Source: an uncultured Bdellovibrionales bacterium (GTDB lineage: Bacteria; Bdellovibrionota_C; UBA2361; SZUA-149; CAZDIO01). From it: DNA of 27,221 nucleotides. Where the stretch lies: positions 1 to 27,221 of the forward strand of contig CAZDIO010000056.1 in NCBI GenBank assembly GCA_964505555.1, in the 5' to 3' direction. The translations under genes were made by a program, and so were the position numbers. The notes below the pieces were generated by a model. That model saw only the letters and a program-made list of their open reading frames with translations, was not told the origin of the DNA and did no database searches. Below, piece after piece: positions 25,147-27,221 of this stretch (within the stretch, counting starts at the first letter, position 1; every line of letters begins with the position of its first letter).

Positions 25147-26049
25147 ATGAGACAAAGCGCAAATGCTGTCTTAATGGTTGAACCGGTTCGCTTCTTTTCA
25201 AACCCTTCAAACGCCGCAGATAACTTTTTTCAATCCGCAAGCAATGCTTTTTCTGAACGAGAGGTTCAGGAGCGGGCGTTAATTGAGTTTAATCAGTTAC
25301 GAGATACCCTTATTAAACACGGGATAGAGGTTAAGATCTTTCAAGACATTGCAAAGAATCAAACTCCGGATTCTATCTTTCCAAACAACTGGTTTTCTAC
25401 CCACGAATCGCGATTAGTTCTCTATCCGATGAAGGCAGAAAATAGGCGAAAGGAACGGCGAGTCGAGATCGTCGAGGATTTAAAAAAGAGCTATCCGGAG
25501 GTACTTGATCTTACGTCGTTTGAAACGAAGGATCAGTATTTAGAAGGGACAGGAAGCTTGGTTCTCGATCGGGTAAGAAAGATCGCTTATGCAAGTTTAT
25601 CAACCCGGACAAGTGAAAAGCTAGTTTCCTATTGGGGAGAGAAGCTTGGTTACAAGACGGTAGTTTTTACCGCGCAGGATGAGCGCAGGCGGGCTATCTA
25701 TCATACTAACGTGATGATGAGCATCGGCACAGGGTATGCGATTATGTGTCTTGAATCGATTCCGGATCCAGTTCAACGAAAGGAGGCAAAGATGAGCCTC
25801 CTCCAATCCGGGATTGAGGTGATTCCGATTGCCTATGACCAACTTGGCTCGCTTTGTGGAAATGTGTTGGAGCTAATGACCAAGGAGGGAAAAAAGCTTC
25901 TTGTCATGTCGACACGAGCCCATCTTGCATACAGAAAAAAGCAACTCGACGCCCTTTCTCGCCATGCGGAGATCGTTATCGCTGATATATCGACTATAGA
26001 GGTTTATGGAGGTGGGGGGGTGAGGTGTATGTTGGCGGAACTATTTTAA
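25147..26049 (+). CDS. Amidinotransferase / arginine-deiminase-superfamily protein (CtlX / DDAH-like).
   Basis: C-terminal catalytic-Cys motif GGGGVRCMLAE, and N-terminal AVLMVEPVRF, FPNNWFSTH and internal His/Asp patterns typical of the guanidino-group-modifying fold. The start could instead be the GTG at 25132. Confidence 0.65.
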   Translation: MRQSANAVLMVEPVRFFSNPSNAADNFFQSASNAFSEREVQERALIEFNQLRDTLIKHGIEVKIFQDIAKNQTPDSIFPNNWFSTHESRLVLYPMKAENRRKERRVEIVEDLKKSYPEVLDLTSFETKDQYLEGTGSLVLDRVRKIAYASLSTRTSEKLVSYWGEKLGYKTVVFTAQDERRRAIYHTNVMMSIGTGYAIMCLESIPDPVQRKEAKMSLLQSGIEVIPIAYDQLGSLCGNVLELMTKEGKKLLVMSTRAHLAYRKKQLDALSRHAEIVIADISTIEVYGGGGVRCMLAELF

Positions 26050-26238
26050 TAAGGCCCTCGCTTTTTTGATTGTCTCTTTGCTTGTGTTAAATACGGTCTC
26101 AAACTATAATCATATCGATTTAATGCGTTATTATAGTTCTTTCACTTTCATCTTTTGGTAGGGGGATTAGGGACGAGTTCAATTGGTGGGCTCGTATGGT
26201 GTGGAGGTTTCTTTTTTTTCTGAAGGAGCGACGTAAAG

Positions 26239-26853
26239 ATGGCGGTCATTCAGGCGCGGGTTGGGAGCACGCAACAAGGGCGTGCTCAAAGGAAAACGGC
26301 CGAGCGGGTTCGGCCAAGTGTTCAAGGAGGAACGGAAGAGCTTGTGCGGCAGATCCGATCAGCGGAGACGCTGGCAAGTGAGTGGGAAAGTCGGTTGAGC
26401 AATCGGTTTGAGACGGATACCCAGAGAAGGTTCCAAAACCTTCACGCGGCATTTCGTCGAAGCCAATTCTCACTTATGACTGTGAACTCTCGCTCCAAGG
26501 CGGATCTGGAGCGGTTGGTCAGCACAGTCATGGAGGGAATTTTGGCACTCCGGGAGTTCTTACCGGAATTTAAGCGATGGCAGATGCCGGAGCAGAGCGA
26601 AGTTGAAGGCGGCGGCGACGAGTTAGCAATGCGCCATGCAAACGAACTGCTTATCGTGGTGAAGATTAACGCCACAGATATCGGTTTTCCGCTTGGTGCG
26701 TTGGAAGCTGCTCTTGACGGATGCATAATCCTCGGTGGCAGAACCGAAGACTGGGGAGCCAAGTATCTCCTGGTCAAAAAAGCGACACTCGGACTCGCAG
26801 CTCTGAAATCGCTTTCGTTGCCGGTTGCGCAGTTCTGCGCCATCGACAACTAA
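26239..26853 (+). CDS. Hypothetical protein (204 aa) in a GC-elevated patch.
   Basis: GAAGGAG SD ~10 nt upstream. A Gln/Arg-rich N-terminus followed by a region with hydrophobic periodicity (LIVVKINATDIGFPLGALEAALDGCIILGG). An antisense ORF also exists, but the SD supports the plus strand. Confidence 0.45.
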   Translation: MAVIQARVGSTQQGRAQRKTAERVRPSVQGGTEELVRQIRSAETLASEWESRLSNRFETDTQRRFQNLHAAFRRSQFSLMTVNSRSKADLERLVSTVMEGILALREFLPEFKRWQMPEQSEVEGGGDELAMRHANELLIVVKINATDIGFPLGALEAALDGCIILGGRTEDWGAKYLLVKKATLGLAALKSLSLPVAQFCAIDN

Positions 26854-27013
26854 TTCGGCAATTTCGGCAATTGTGGAGGAAAATTACGGGCGCGCTATGA
26901 GGATTTTGAACGGTTGCGTATAACGCCGATCCTAATCCTCATACCGCCCAATTCAGCGCTATTTACTCAGTTCTATTTACGAGAAACCATTTATTTAATA
27001 TTATCTTAAGACA

Positions 27014-27178
27014 ATGATTAAGCTATGTTGTTGCATTGTAATCATCTTTAGCCTTTCGGCATGCAATTCTCACCGTCCATCCTGGCTGCCACCGTGTCAA
27101 ACCAATGAAGACTGTATTCCTGGAACAAGCTGTCTGGGAGGATATTGCTATAACTCGTTTGGCGGGGGTAACTACTAA
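27014..27178 (+). CDS. Small (54 aa) Cys-rich putative lipoprotein/peptide.
   Basis: Too short for the ORF track. Sequence MIKLCCCIVIIFSLSAC (lipobox-like LSAC) then NSHRPSWLPPCQTNEDCIPGTSCLGGYCYNSFGGGNY. The mature part has a C-x5-C-x5-C-x4-C spacing reminiscent of knottin/defensin-like disulfide peptides. No strong SD. Confidence 0.3.
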   Translation: MIKLCCCIVIIFSLSACNSHRPSWLPPCQTNEDCIPGTSCLGGYCYNSFGGGNY

Positions 27179-27180
27179 AG

Positions 27181-27221
27181 TAATTCCACTTTAGTGTGGC
27201 AAGAAATCGTCTTCCCTGTCG
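27181..27221. repeat. Second copy of the CCACTTTAGTGTGGCAAGAAA...CCCTGTCG composite repeat (see 3576-3611). Truncated by the window end.
   Basis: Direct match to 3576-3605. Confidence 0.5.

Noticed and set aside
26442-26849. Minus-strand 135-aa ORF antisense to 26239-26853.
   Set aside because: No SD and an Ala/Ser/Arg-rich translation. The plus-strand frame has a GAAGGAG SD.
1-27221. tRNA or rRNA genes.
   Set aside because: No GGTTCGAnTCC-type T-arm with a matching acceptor stem and no rRNA-like conserved blocks were seen by eye. tRNAscan or Infernal would be needed to be sure.

Overview
The window is about 27 kb of a moderately AT-rich bacterial chromosome (roughly 42-46% GC by eye, with a few short patches near 55-60% GC). 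Several genes appear to use TTG or GTG starts. It is dominated by one 8.5-kb gene on the minus strand: a 2834-aa cyclic beta-1,2-glucan synthase (Cgs/NdvB/ChvB-type, with a GT-A glycosyltransferase domain and a C-terminal GH94-like domain). A 935-aa signal-peptide protein of unknown function is transcribed divergently from it.

Other confident calls:
- an SPFH/prohibitin (band-7) protein
- a DUF1428 protein
- pyrroline-5-carboxylate reductase (proC)
- a DoxX-family membrane protein
- a YceI-family periplasmic protein
- a glycine-rich RRM RNA-binding protein
- a minimal polysaccharide co-polymerase (PCP) membrane protein plus a BY-kinase-like ATPase
- an amidinotransferase/arginine-deiminase-superfamily protein (CtlX/DDAH-like)
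- a secreted collagen-like (Gly-X-Y) protein ending in a phage tail-collar domain

Less certain items are a strongly decayed group-II PLP-decarboxylase pseudogene, several small or orphan ORFs (including two small Cys-containing signal-peptide ORFs), and a small gene interrupted at an A9 homopolymer.

The non-coding structure is the most unusual part:
(i) a MITE-like family with ~33-bp terminal inverted repeats (TTGAACACAGAGTTTCACAGGGTTACACAGAGT), five full or partial copies, four of them placed within 50 nt after the stop codon of a plus-strand gene;
(ii) a second family of ~100-bp nested palindromes (outer CCTGTCGTTGCGAGC/GCTCGCAACGACAGG, inner GCAATCTC/GAGATTGC stems) whose copies differ by compensatory, structure-preserving changes;
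(iii) an 815-bp intergenic stretch packed with perfect palindromes;
(iv) short patches of elevated GC with overlapping ORFs that may be foreign.

No tRNA, rRNA or CRISPR array was recognised. Lineage cannot be assigned from sequence alone.
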